A stretch of 32,000 nt of DNA from Stenotrophomonas phage Moby. Numbering within the stretch: position 1 is the stretch's first letter; each line of letters opens with the position of its first letter. Below the pieces are notes generated by a model. That model was not told the DNA's origin, did not search any database, and worked only from the letters and a program-made list of their open reading frames with translations. This document shows positions 24,005 to 31,957 of the stretch, in pieces. Both the position numbers and the translations under genes were made by a program. The stretch lies in the sequence record MN095772.1. One strand, given 5' to 3'.

Positions 24005-24654
24005 TCCGCACATCTCCAGAAGCAGAAGCCCTCAAGGCGATCCTCGCTGCTGGATGTCCAGAACAGGAAGGAAAGTTCTACGGTGTCACCCGCGTATTGG
24101 GTGGCACCAAGGACATGTCGGGTCTGGAAGCCTGGCGTAAGCGCGTGGGTGAAGAAGAGGCTGACCGGATTGTCGAAGAGTCCAAGAAGATTGGTAACTC
24201 ACTCGATAAGCTGTTCAATGATAGCCTGGAAGATCCAGAGTTCAACATCGAGGATCACAAGGACACGCTCGGCTACAAGCTGTGGATTCAGCTGCGGACG
24301 TATCTGAAGAATGTGGTCCCAGTCGCTGTCCAGATGCGAGTCTGGAACAACGATCTGAAGTACATGGGCTACCTGGATTGCCTTGGTTTCTACAAGGGCA
24401 AGCTGACGCTGATCGACTGCAAGAACTCCAAGAAGGAGAAGCAAGAGCAGTATCTGGAAGACTACTACCTCCAGTGTACAGCCTATTGCATGGCGCTCTA
24501 TCAGATGTACGGGATCAAGGTCACGCAGTTGTGTCTGATGATCGCACGTCGTGATAGCAGCTTCCCGCAGGTCATCGTCAGACCGATTGCCCCCTACATC
24601 CCAAAGGTGATTGCGCGAGCACAGCAGTATCATCTTCAATCAAACACTAATTGA
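24001..24654 (+). CDS. PD-(D/E)XK exonuclease (MGME1/Cas4-like)
   Basis: YMGYLDCLGFYKGKLTLIDCKNSKKEKQEQYLEDYYLQCTAYCMALYQMY: D...xDxK plus a Q-x(n)-Y helix. Confidence 0.75.
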   Translation: MIRTSPEAEALKAILAAGCPEQEGKFYGVTRVLGGTKDMSGLEAWRKRVGEEEADRIVEESKKIGNSLDKLFNDSLEDPEFNIEDHKDTLGYKLWIQLRTYLKNVVPVAVQMRVWNNDLKYMGYLDCLGFYKGKLTLIDCKNSKKEKQEQYLEDYYLQCTAYCMALYQMYGIKVTQLCLMIARRDSSFPQVIVRPIAPYIPKVIARAQQYHLQSNTN

Positions 24655-24679
24655 GGGTGATGGCGGGATCAGGTAACAT
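24651..24679 (+). promoter_or_regulatory. Weak putative promoter upstream of gp33-like gene
   Basis: TTGAGG-N17-TAACAT. Confidence 0.3.
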
Positions 24680-24708
24680 ATCGTCATGGGTTAACGAGAG
24701 GTGATGAA

Positions 24709-24936
24709 GTGGCATCAATGAGTGAAGTGATCTTGAAGCAGCTGGTAGAAATCAGCAGCACCCTGCAGTGTTCACTGTTTGAGGCGGCTTCTATCTACTG
24801 CGAAGAGCATGATTTGGAACAGGAGGCGTTCGTTCAGATCCTGGACAGACACGTCCTCGACCAGATCCGTAATAGTGCGGTACAAGACCGGAAGGTGAGA
24901 AAATGTATTCAAGAGCCGACAGCCACTCTGTTCTGA
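24709..24936 (+). CDS. 33: T4 gp33-like late-transcription coactivator
   Basis: LFEAASIYCEEHDLEQEAFVQILDRHVLDQIRNSAVQDRKVRKC...TATLF resembles the gp33 C-terminal half; located directly before gp59-like and gp32-like genes as in T4. Confidence 0.6.
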   Translation: MASMSEVILKQLVEISSTLQCSLFEAASIYCEEHDLEQEAFVQILDRHVLDQIRNSAVQDRKVRKCIQEPTATLF

Positions 24937-25538
24937 GTGGAGCGGTCCAGGCCTTTCAAGAATACGTTGGACTCAAACTTCACTTCAACAAGGACTTGGT
25001 CTGGCGCCGCGGAATGAGATTCAATCAGGACGAGAGCACTCTCCTGAAGCGCAAAGACGCGATGTTCTTCCGACAGTTTGCAGACAAGTATCCGGACAGT
25101 GAGGACCGGATTCAGAGGTACGTCAGCGCGCTGAAGAGAGATCAGAACGCGTGGATTGGCGAGATGCTAGACATGGAGAACGTCGAGTATCATAAGCAGA
25201 GAATGCGAGTCATTGGAGCGTTGACCTACAACCTCCGGACAGACATTGATCGGCTGGTCACCTACATGGACGAGAACGGAGTAGATATCAAGAAGCTACT
25301 CAAATCGGATGGTACCCGCCCCTATCTGATCACCGTGATGAGTGAGATCGAGGGTGGCATCTCGGACGAAACTCTAGCGTTGATGGAGAAGGCGTTCAGG
25401 TATTGCAAACAAGAAACTCTTGACCCCTTTTGGGAACAGAAGGCCTTCATGTTGAGTAAATACCATTACTGGTTAGAGATCAAAAGCGACACACTTGATC
25501 AACAGCTCAGTAGACTAGTAGAGGCAGGTAAGGCGTGA
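24903..25538 (+). CDS. 59: T4 gp59-like helicase loader
   Basis: VWRRGMRFNQDESTLLKRKDAMFFRQFADKYP...NAWIGEM resembles gp59; synteny 33-59-32 conserved. Confidence 0.8.
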   Translation: MYSRADSHSVLSGAVQAFQEYVGLKLHFNKDLVWRRGMRFNQDESTLLKRKDAMFFRQFADKYPDSEDRIQRYVSALKRDQNAWIGEMLDMENVEYHKQRMRVIGALTYNLRTDIDRLVTYMDENGVDIKKLLKSDGTRPYLITVMSEIEGGISDETLALMEKAFRYCKQETLDPFWEQKAFMLSKYHYWLEIKSDTLDQQLSRLVEAGKA

Positions 25539-25589
25539 CGCCAGTAGCCTCGTGAAAAGCACAGTAAAGCAAACTTAGGAGATACAAGA

Positions 25590-26519
25590 ATGTCGTTTGG
25601 TAATCTGAAGAAGAATCGTGGCTCGTTCCAGGACCTGCAGAAGAAGCTGGCAGACGAGAAGAAGGGCGGCGGTTACAGCAATGATGATCGTTACTGGGAA
25701 TTCAAGGTTGACGATGCCGGCAACGGTTTTGCCGTGATCCGATTCCTGCCCGCTCCGGCTGGCGAAGAGGTCCCGTATGTGAAGCTGTACAGCCACGGCT
25801 TCAAGGACGAGCGTACCGGCAAGTGGTACATCGAGAACAGCCGCACCACTCTGGGCGAAGCTGACCCGGTTTCGGAAGCAAACACCGAGCTGTGGAACTC
25901 CGGTCTGGAATCCGACAAGGCAATTGCGCGTAACCGCAAGCGCCGTCAGAACTACATCGCCAACATCCTGGTGATTGACGATCCGAAGAACCCGCAGAAC
26001 AACGGCAAGGTCTTCCTCTGGAAGTTCGGTCCGCGTCTGTTCCAGAAGATCGAAGGCGCGATGAACCCCGAGTTCCAGGACGAGGTTGCATTCAACCCGT
26101 TCGACTTCTGGGAAGGTGCCGACTTCAAGATCAAGGCTCGCAAGCTGGACGGTCAGCGCAGCTACGACAAGTCGGAGTTCACCGACCCGAGCGAACTGTT
26201 CGATGGTGACGACGCAGCTCTGGAAGCTCTGTACAACAAGCTGTATAGCCTGCAGGCAGAGATCGCTCCGGACAAGTTCAAGCCGTATGATCAGCTGAAG
26301 ACCCGCTTCCAGGCGGTGATCGGCGCGAAGAACCCGGCTCCGCGTGAAGGCGAGCGTCAGGAACGTGAACTGGATCGTGAGTTCCAGGAACCGGAACGCG
26401 AGACCCCGCGCGCTCGCCGTGAGGAAACTCCGGCACGTCGTGAAGACCCGGCTCCCAGCCGTGGTGGTGATGACGGTGAGGATTCGCTGGCGAAGTACGC
26501 AGGTCTGCTGGAAGACTAA
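25590..26519 (+). CDS. 32: Single-stranded DNA-binding protein, T4 gp32-like
   Basis: WEFKVDDAGNGFAVIRFLPAP, HGFKDERTGKWYIE, YIANILVIDDPKNPQNNGKVFLWKFG, acidic C-terminal end. Confidence 0.93.
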   Translation: MSFGNLKKNRGSFQDLQKKLADEKKGGGYSNDDRYWEFKVDDAGNGFAVIRFLPAPAGEEVPYVKLYSHGFKDERTGKWYIENSRTTLGEADPVSEANTELWNSGLESDKAIARNRKRRQNYIANILVIDDPKNPQNNGKVFLWKFGPRLFQKIEGAMNPEFQDEVAFNPFDFWEGADFKIKARKLDGQRSYDKSEFTDPSELFDGDDAALEALYNKLYSLQAEIAPDKFKPYDQLKTRFQAVIGAKNPAPREGERQERELDREFQEPERETPRARREETPARREDPAPSRGGDDGEDSLAKYAGLLED

Positions 26520-26546
26520 TCCAGCCCTTGCGGTAGAAACAGGAGA

Positions 26547-26570
26547 CCCCGCTTCGGCGGGGTTTTCCTT
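26547..26570 (+). terminator. Strong rho-independent terminator after gp32-like gene
   Basis: CCCCGC-TTCG-GCGGGG followed by TTTTCCTTT. Confidence 0.95.
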
Positions 26571-26571
26571 T

Positions 26572-26585
26572 GATAAATATCCAGA
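26572..26585 (+). promoter_or_regulatory. Putative T4-like late promoter motif (GATAAATATCCAGA)
   Basis: Lies between the gp32 terminator and the 1202-aa gene; closest of the three motifs to T4 TATAAATA. Confidence 0.6.
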
Positions 26586-26606
26586 AATCATAACAGAGAG
26601 TGTGAG

Positions 26607-29600
26607 ATGCTTCTCCTAGAGAACAGTTTGTATGTCGGACAAGAGGCCAAGGAAAAGTTCCTCGCCGACAAGCAGAAGGTCACCGACGCCTTCTACATGA
26701 ACCTCTTGGGATTCCTGAGCCTGGTGTTCATTGATTCCAAGTCGCCAGTCTTCCAGCAATACCTGGCGTCTGAACTCCGCCTTCACCCGAATCAGATTAC
26801 GGACGCGAATCATGACGTCTCGCTTCTGACCAAGGTGATGATGGACGAGAACTACATCCCGACGCCAGCTGCGATGAACCTGACCAAGCTACTGGTCAAG
26901 ATCAAGCGTCGTGAAGTCACCTCCGAGAACCTGAGCCAGGATACAATCCGTGGACTCTTCGCCCAGTTCAAGATCATGAATCATCGTCCGAGCGCTCGCT
27001 TGATGCAGGTGATTCAGAGTTTCCTGAACGGCAAGTCGGATCTGCCCAACACTTTCTTGAAGCTCGTTGCTCTGGCACGTCAGCCAGACTACAAGGCGAT
27101 TGCTGGCGAGCTGTACAATCTGGTCATGCGCGGAAGCTACATTCCGAAGGCCAAGGCATTGATCAGCGCGAAGCCGGATGCGACACCTACTGCGATTGAC
27201 GATTCCAAGCCACGCAAGGCTCCGGCTGCTGCACCTGCAAAGCCTGTGGAAGTCAGGACTCCAGCGAATACTCCGGCACCAATCAACAAGCCAGTCGATC
27301 CTGCTCCGGCGCCTACTCCCGATCCGTTCATGACTGCCCAGAACCTGGCTGACATGATCGTCATGGATCGCGGTGTGACTCTTCAGACCTACGCCAAGAA
27401 GAACGGCTTGAGATTCGGTTCGGCATACCCGCTTGGTGTGTACACCAACCTGACGGCTGATCAGTTGCTGTCCAAGATTCCATTCAAGGAATCCAATCCG
27501 TTCTGGTGGTACCATAACACCTTCTTCCAGACCTTCTCGTCAATGAACAAGGTGGCGATTGCTCTGCGATCACAGACCATCAGACAATTGACAGCCGAGT
27601 CGCTTCTCAACCAAAAGAAGAACGTCAGCACCTTCCTGGGCTATGAAGACTCCGTGCAGCAGGAACTGTACAAGCAGGTCCAGAAGCTACTCCGCAACAA
27701 GAGCACCGAATGGCTTTTCAAGAACTCCGAGGGACTGCAGCGGTTCGCCGGTCTATCTGGACTGAAGCGCGGTAGCTTCAACTACGTTGGTGACTTCCCA
27801 ATCGTCGCCGCTATGTTCCCAACCTGGTATGAAGAGGATGCGTTCGGCGGTCTGATCCGAGAGCTTAGCTACTACGATGCGGGCGTTCATACCCTCGTCA
27901 TCCCGACTGAGATCTACAACACTGGCACCGACGTTGACAAGGCGTGGGTCAAATTGATGAAGAAGCGCAGCGGATGGGAAGTCATTGTCGCCGATCCGAA
28001 CACTCTGGAGTCCATGATTGCACGCCGCGTCAAGCTGACGGACGATGAACGCATTGACGTCATCAAGCGAGTGATCGCATCCAAGGATCTGGCGAAGTGG
28101 GCGAAGGACAAAGACTTCATGGAGTTCCTCCGTGCAGACTCTCAGGTCTTCGATATGACAGAGACCAAGAAGAAAGAGATTGAGGCTGTAGCAGTCGATT
28201 TCTGGAAGGCTACCGCTGGAATGCAAGTTGAGTTCCAGAAGTCCTTCTCGGCGAACATCTCGTCTGACTGGCTTGCCGCGTATCATTTCGATCAGCTGTC
28301 TGGAGCCAGTGAGTCGCTCGTCAACAACATGCGCAATCAGGATGCTGTCAAGTATCTGCTGCAGCGCGATGATGCCGCCCGCGAAGCCGGACAGAGTGTC
28401 TTGTCGCCGAATCAGCGTTTGCAAGTTCTGATGGCTGACAAGAACCTTGATCCGTCGAAGGAGATTGCATCCATTGAACGCGCCGGTCTGATGGCGTGGA
28501 ACAAGTTCCTCACCAATCCCAAGATGATGGAGGCTTACTTCTCGATCCCCGCCAACCTGGAGTATGCTCTGGCTCAGGAAGCACGAGGCGGCACCTTGCG
28601 TCTGTCCTTGTTCATCCCAGCAGATAAGCTACCCAATCCAGAAGCAACCTACTGGCGCCTGATTGAGCGTAGTTCGTTCCTGTCGGACATCAGCGGTCAG
28701 ATGATTCGCACCATCATCCAATGCAATCCGGGTCTGGTGGATGTGGTTCTGAGCCAGATCGACAAGAAGACCACCAGTGAGCTGATCGACTGGAAGGGTG
28801 AGATCGCTTCGCTGGTGGACGTTGATCCGTCGCTGGGTCCGAAGGTTGCCAACAAGTTCATGGATAAGCACCTGAACGAACCAGCCGACCTTGCCACGCT
28901 GTCGGTTCAGCTGGACGATGCAGATCCCAATGTGCTACTCGACAAGATCAGCAAGATGGACCTGACGACGTTCGACAATAAGTCGTTCTGGTCGGCATCT
29001 GAGCGCACATCGGTTTCACGTTGCATTGCGATGGCTCTGATCAAGGCTGAGAAGGCATCATCCGGTATCTCGGACGCGTTCTTCAAGACTCTACCGTATG
29101 AGCTCCGTCACGGCGTGATTGACTACGTATTGACCAGCAAGGCGCTGATCAAGTTCAACGATATCTTCCAGAACAGTGAGATCAAGCCATACGACGATAT
29201 GACTGTCGACCGCCTGGGTCAGATCCTGAAGTACAACAAGATCGATCTACCGAAGGTCAACCGTCGCAGCATCAAGACGATGGCTGACATGGAAGCAATC
29301 CTTGACACGGTGAAGATGATCCCGGATCTGGAATTGCAGCCGTTCACCGGCGATCTGGACGTAGTCACTGCACAGCTGGCTGGTCACTCGAACGGACGTC
29401 ATGGCCGCCAAGGTCCGAAGGTTCTGAGAGCCTGGAACGTAGCGGTGCCGGTCATGGTCGAGAACTTCCCGGGATGGCAGTCGGCTTACCTTTCTGAGAC
29501 TGAGATCACAGCCCCGATGTTCCACGGTACAGGTTCGGTCGCAGCATCGTTCATCCTACGCAACGGCTTCACCCTGATTCCCGAGAGCGATCCCTCCGCG

Positions 29601-30215
29601 GTCGGCAAGATGCTGGGCAACGGCATCTATATGTCGAACGTCATCGACAAGGTGTCGCAGTACGTAGGTGACGCCGGCTACGCGCGTGCCCAGGGAACAA
29701 GAGGCTTCATCTTTGAGATGCAAGTGAAGCTCGGAAAGTCTCCGGAAGAGCATCGGTCGGCAGGACTGAACAGCTCGCAGGACGATATCCGTTCTCCAGA
29801 GTGGTGCGTCTTCACACCGAACAGTCAGTTGAACATTGTCAAGGTGTATGAAATTGAGCTTGTGGATTCTGAGGAGATCGACCAGATCAGGATGCAACAC
29901 TCCGCTCCAGTCGCTCCAACCCTGAGTGAATCGTTTGAGGAACATCTGATGGAAGCGAAGACGGGTGGTAAGCCAGTTTCAAGCTGGGTGTTCCAGGACG
30001 GTTACATCCCGACTGCCAACGGCAAGTGGGTTCTGTGGAACGAGTACAAGCCAAAGAAGGGAGTTGAGGTCAGCCCGTCGCAACAGGGACCGGTCGTGAC
30101 TGTCGTCCACAATGACCCGGAGAGTAAGCCAGGCAGCTTTGTGGTCTACAACACCGCGGACTTCTGGCACGGCAAGACATACGAGTTCAAGCGATTCTTG
30201 CGCCTGACCAAGTAA
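26607..30215 (+). CDS. 1202-aa multidomain protein with C-terminal PARP-like ADP-ribosyltransferase domain
   Basis: MFHGTGSVAASFILRNGFTL...GKMLGNGIYMSNVIDKVSQYVG...NIVKVYEIELVD, a PARP-like H-Y-E arrangement, preceded by ~1000 aa including a Pro/Ala-rich linker. Confidence 0.8.
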   Translation: MLLLENSLYVGQEAKEKFLADKQKVTDAFYMNLLGFLSLVFIDSKSPVFQQYLASELRLHPNQITDANHDVSLLTKVMMDENYIPTPAAMNLTKLLVKIKRREVTSENLSQDTIRGLFAQFKIMNHRPSARLMQVIQSFLNGKSDLPNTFLKLVALARQPDYKAIAGELYNLVMRGSYIPKAKALISAKPDATPTAIDDSKPRKAPAAAPAKPVEVRTPANTPAPINKPVDPAPAPTPDPFMTAQNLADMIVMDRGVTLQTYAKKNGLRFGSAYPLGVYTNLTADQLLSKIPFKESNPFWWYHNTFFQTFSSMNKVAIALRSQTIRQLTAESLLNQKKNVSTFLGYEDSVQQELYKQVQKLLRNKSTEWLFKNSEGLQRFAGLSGLKRGSFNYVGDFPIVAAMFPTWYEEDAFGGLIRELSYYDAGVHTLVIPTEIYNTGTDVDKAWVKLMKKRSGWEVIVADPNTLESMIARRVKLTDDERIDVIKRVIASKDLAKWAKDKDFMEFLRADSQVFDMTETKKKEIEAVAVDFWKATAGMQVEFQKSFSANISSDWLAAYHFDQLSGASESLVNNMRNQDAVKYLLQRDDAAREAGQSVLSPNQRLQVLMADKNLDPSKEIASIERAGLMAWNKFLTNPKMMEAYFSIPANLEYALAQEARGGTLRLSLFIPADKLPNPEATYWRLIERSSFLSDISGQMIRTIIQCNPGLVDVVLSQIDKKTTSELIDWKGEIASLVDVDPSLGPKVANKFMDKHLNEPADLATLSVQLDDADPNVLLDKISKMDLTTFDNKSFWSASERTSVSRCIAMALIKAEKASSGISDAFFKTLPYELRHGVIDYVLTSKALIKFNDIFQNSEIKPYDDMTVDRLGQILKYNKIDLPKVNRRSIKTMADMEAILDTVKMIPDLELQPFTGDLDVVTAQLAGHSNGRHGRQGPKVLRAWNVAVPVMVENFPGWQSAYLSETEITAPMFHGTGSVAASFILRNGFTLIPESDPSAVGKMLGNGIYMSNVIDKVSQYVGDAGYARAQGTRGFIFEMQVKLGKSPEEHRSAGLNSSQDDIRSPEWCVFTPNSQLNIVKVYEIELVDSEEIDQIRMQHSAPVAPTLSESFEEHLMEAKTGGKPVSSWVFQDGYIPTANGKWVLWNEYKPKKGVEVSPSQQGPVVTVVHNDPESKPGSFVVYNTADFWHGKTYEFKRFLRLTK

Positions 30216-30235
30216 GAAACAAGATCAAGACTAAC

Positions 30236-30264
30236 TAGGTTCCGACACCGGAATCGCTTATAAT
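30236..30264 (+). promoter_or_regulatory. Putative sigma70-like promoter for dexA operon
   Basis: TAGGTT-N17-TATAAT within ...ATCGCTTATAAT. Confidence 0.55.
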
Positions 30265-30311
30265 AGGGTCTGTGGTAACACATAGGCCCTATTCTTTTGT
30301 GAGAGGTTTGA

Positions 30312-30911
30312 ATGAGTGATCTAGTACACGTGGTTGTCGACTTGGAAACCCTGGGTCTGGAACAGGATGCAGTTGTCCTGAGTCTGGGCGCTTCGACTTT
30401 CCGAATGGACGGCAGCCGCCCCAAGTTTGACAAGATGATCTCGGAAGGCTTCTATGCCAAGTTCGACGTCAAAGAACAGGTCAAGACCTTCAAGCGGACA
30501 ATGACCGACTCAACCATCGACTGGTGGAAGACTCAAGGTGCGGCTGCCAAGAAGGTTCTGGAAGCTACTCCGTTCGACCATCGAATGGCTGACGGCTTGA
30601 TTGAGTTCAATGCGTGGCTGAAGAAGGTCGGCTACAACTTCCAGAAGTCGTACATCTGGAGTCGCGGAACCTACTTCGACTTCCCGAAGATTGAACACAT
30701 GTATCGTCAGGCGGAAGTCGAGTGCGGCTACAACGGCTGGAAGATTCGTGACGTGCGAACCTACATCGACATTCTGACTGGCGTCGATAATGGCAAGTAC
30801 GAACCGGAAGGTGGTACGCCTCAGCAGTTCGTGGCGCATGACGCGTTGCACGATGCCGCGATGGACGGCTACCGTATGCAGGAAATCTTCAACAAGATGA
30901 GCGCCGAATGA
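30312..30911 (+). CDS. dexA: DexA-like 3'-5' exonuclease (DEDD family)
   Basis: VVVDLETLG, STIDWWKTQ, WSRGTYFDFP, IRDVRTYIDIL, FVAHDALHDA. Confidence 0.9.
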   Translation: MSDLVHVVVDLETLGLEQDAVVLSLGASTFRMDGSRPKFDKMISEGFYAKFDVKEQVKTFKRTMTDSTIDWWKTQGAAAKKVLEATPFDHRMADGLIEFNAWLKKVGYNFQKSYIWSRGTYFDFPKIEHMYRQAEVECGYNGWKIRDVRTYIDILTGVDNGKYEPEGGTPQQFVAHDALHDAAMDGYRMQEIFNKMSAE

Positions 30912-31276
30912 AACTCTACACGATCATCAATGGCAGGCAGCCCGGAATGTTGGGTGGCGTTCAGGCAGGTCATGCGATCGCTGAGATGACATTCCATTAC
31001 GCTCAGAACGATTGGGTCAAGGACTTCTTCATGTTCGGTCAAGGACCGTTCGTCTTCCTCAAGGGTCCCAACACCCACGAGAAGATGCAGGAGCTGTTCC
31101 TCCAGATAGCCGATCTCATTGAGCCGCTCGAGATTCCGATCCATGGATTCTTTGAACCGGATCTGAACAACACGATGACAGCAATCAGCTTCATCGTTCC
31201 GACACCGCAGGAACTGGACGTCAAACCGATCCATGACCTGTTTGCAATCCTCGACACTTTCCACACCGCACGATAA
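30908..31276 (+). CDS. Peptidyl-tRNA hydrolase 2 (PTH2)-like protein
   Basis: GGVQAGHAIAEM, PFVFLKGPNTHEKMQELFLQI, and the following beta-strand pattern fit the PTH2 fold; ATGA overlap with dexA. Confidence 0.5.
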   Translation: MKLYTIINGRQPGMLGGVQAGHAIAEMTFHYAQNDWVKDFFMFGQGPFVFLKGPNTHEKMQELFLQIADLIEPLEIPIHGFFEPDLNNTMTAISFIVPTPQELDVKPIHDLFAILDTFHTAR

Positions 31277-31287
31277 GGAGCTTCACC

Positions 31288-31578
31288 ATGGCAACCGAAA
31301 AGACCGCGCCCGACCTGTCCGTTCTGAACGATGCTCGCGTCCAGACTGCAATCCGCAAGTCGCTGATTGACATTCATGAGACCATGTCGAAGATCGACAC
31401 CTACCGCGCCAGCATGGCTGATGCGTATAAGGCACTGTCGGAAGACACCAAGGTTCCGCTGCGCATCCTGCGTAAGCTGGGCGGCGCTTATCACCGTGGC
31501 ACCTTCGACAAGGAAGTGCAGGACGGCGAAGACTTCTACCTGTCGTACAACAAGGTCTTCGGTCAACAGGGGGAGTAA
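31288..31578 (+). CDS. dsbA: T4 DsbA-like dsDNA-binding protein
   Basis: ISKY/YKAL-type helix then VPLRILRKLGGAYHRGTFDKEVQDGEDFYLSYNKVFG, resembling T4 DsbA MFNRLLALYHKDNRDVFEAETEEVVELYDTVF. Confidence 0.5.
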   Translation: MATEKTAPDLSVLNDARVQTAIRKSLIDIHETMSKIDTYRASMADAYKALSEDTKVPLRILRKLGGAYHRGTFDKEVQDGEDFYLSYNKVFGQQGE

Positions 31579-31584
31579 TTCCCC

Positions 31585-31613
31585 TTGCGGTACTGTTGTA
31601 GATCGCTTATAAT
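31585..31613 (+). promoter_or_regulatory. Putative sigma70-like promoter
   Basis: TTGCGG-N17-TATAAT with the ATCGCTTATAAT 12-mer also found at 30253-30264. Confidence 0.6.
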
Positions 31614-31638
31614 CATGGTTCGTTAGAAGGAGACCAGT

Positions 31639-31704
31639 ATGACCCCAGCATTCAATGATGATCGTGAGTTCGAGATGGATGAAGAGTATGAGTACCGCGG
31701 TTAA
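31639..31704 (+). CDS. Possible 21-aa acidic micropeptide
   Basis: AGAAGGAGA SD then ATG; MTPAFNDDREFEMDEEYEYRG; overlaps the next start. Confidence 0.4.
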   Translation: MTPAFNDDREFEMDEEYEYRG

Positions 31705-31957
31705 CCCAGAGCTGAATCTCAACCTCTGGGAACAGATTCAGCTATGGCTGTTGGGCGATATCAAGCGAGAAGGTATCGTCGACTCTATTGACCACATGAT
31801 CGTGACGATTGATGGTCAAGAGTACTGGCACACACCAAGAGATAAGCCGTTCAAGGTGGGTGACTTCATTGAGTTCTACGCGTGGGGTAACAGAGACTCA
31901 CAACGCCTGGACATCTGCACTGCATTCCGTGAAATCCGAATCCTTAAGGAGGCATAA
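31688..31957 (+). CDS. Hypothetical protein (89 aa)
   Basis: In-frame ATG 31688 inside the track ORF 31655..31957; MSTAVNPELNLNLWEQIQLWLLG... Confidence 0.65.
   Translation: MSTAVNPELNLNLWEQIQLWLLGDIKREGIVDSIDHMIVTIDGQEYWHTPRDKPFKVGDFIEFYAWGNRDSQRLDICTAFREIRILKEA

Noticed and set aside
25539-25589. Possible T4-like autoregulatory pseudoknot upstream of gp32
   Set aside because: I could not find a convincing pair of interlocking stems by eye; would need covariation or probing data.
25575-26591. 338-aa minus-strand ORF antisense to gp32-like gene, spanning the terminator
   Set aside because: Covers a convincing gp32 homolog and a strong rho-independent terminator; antisense artifact.
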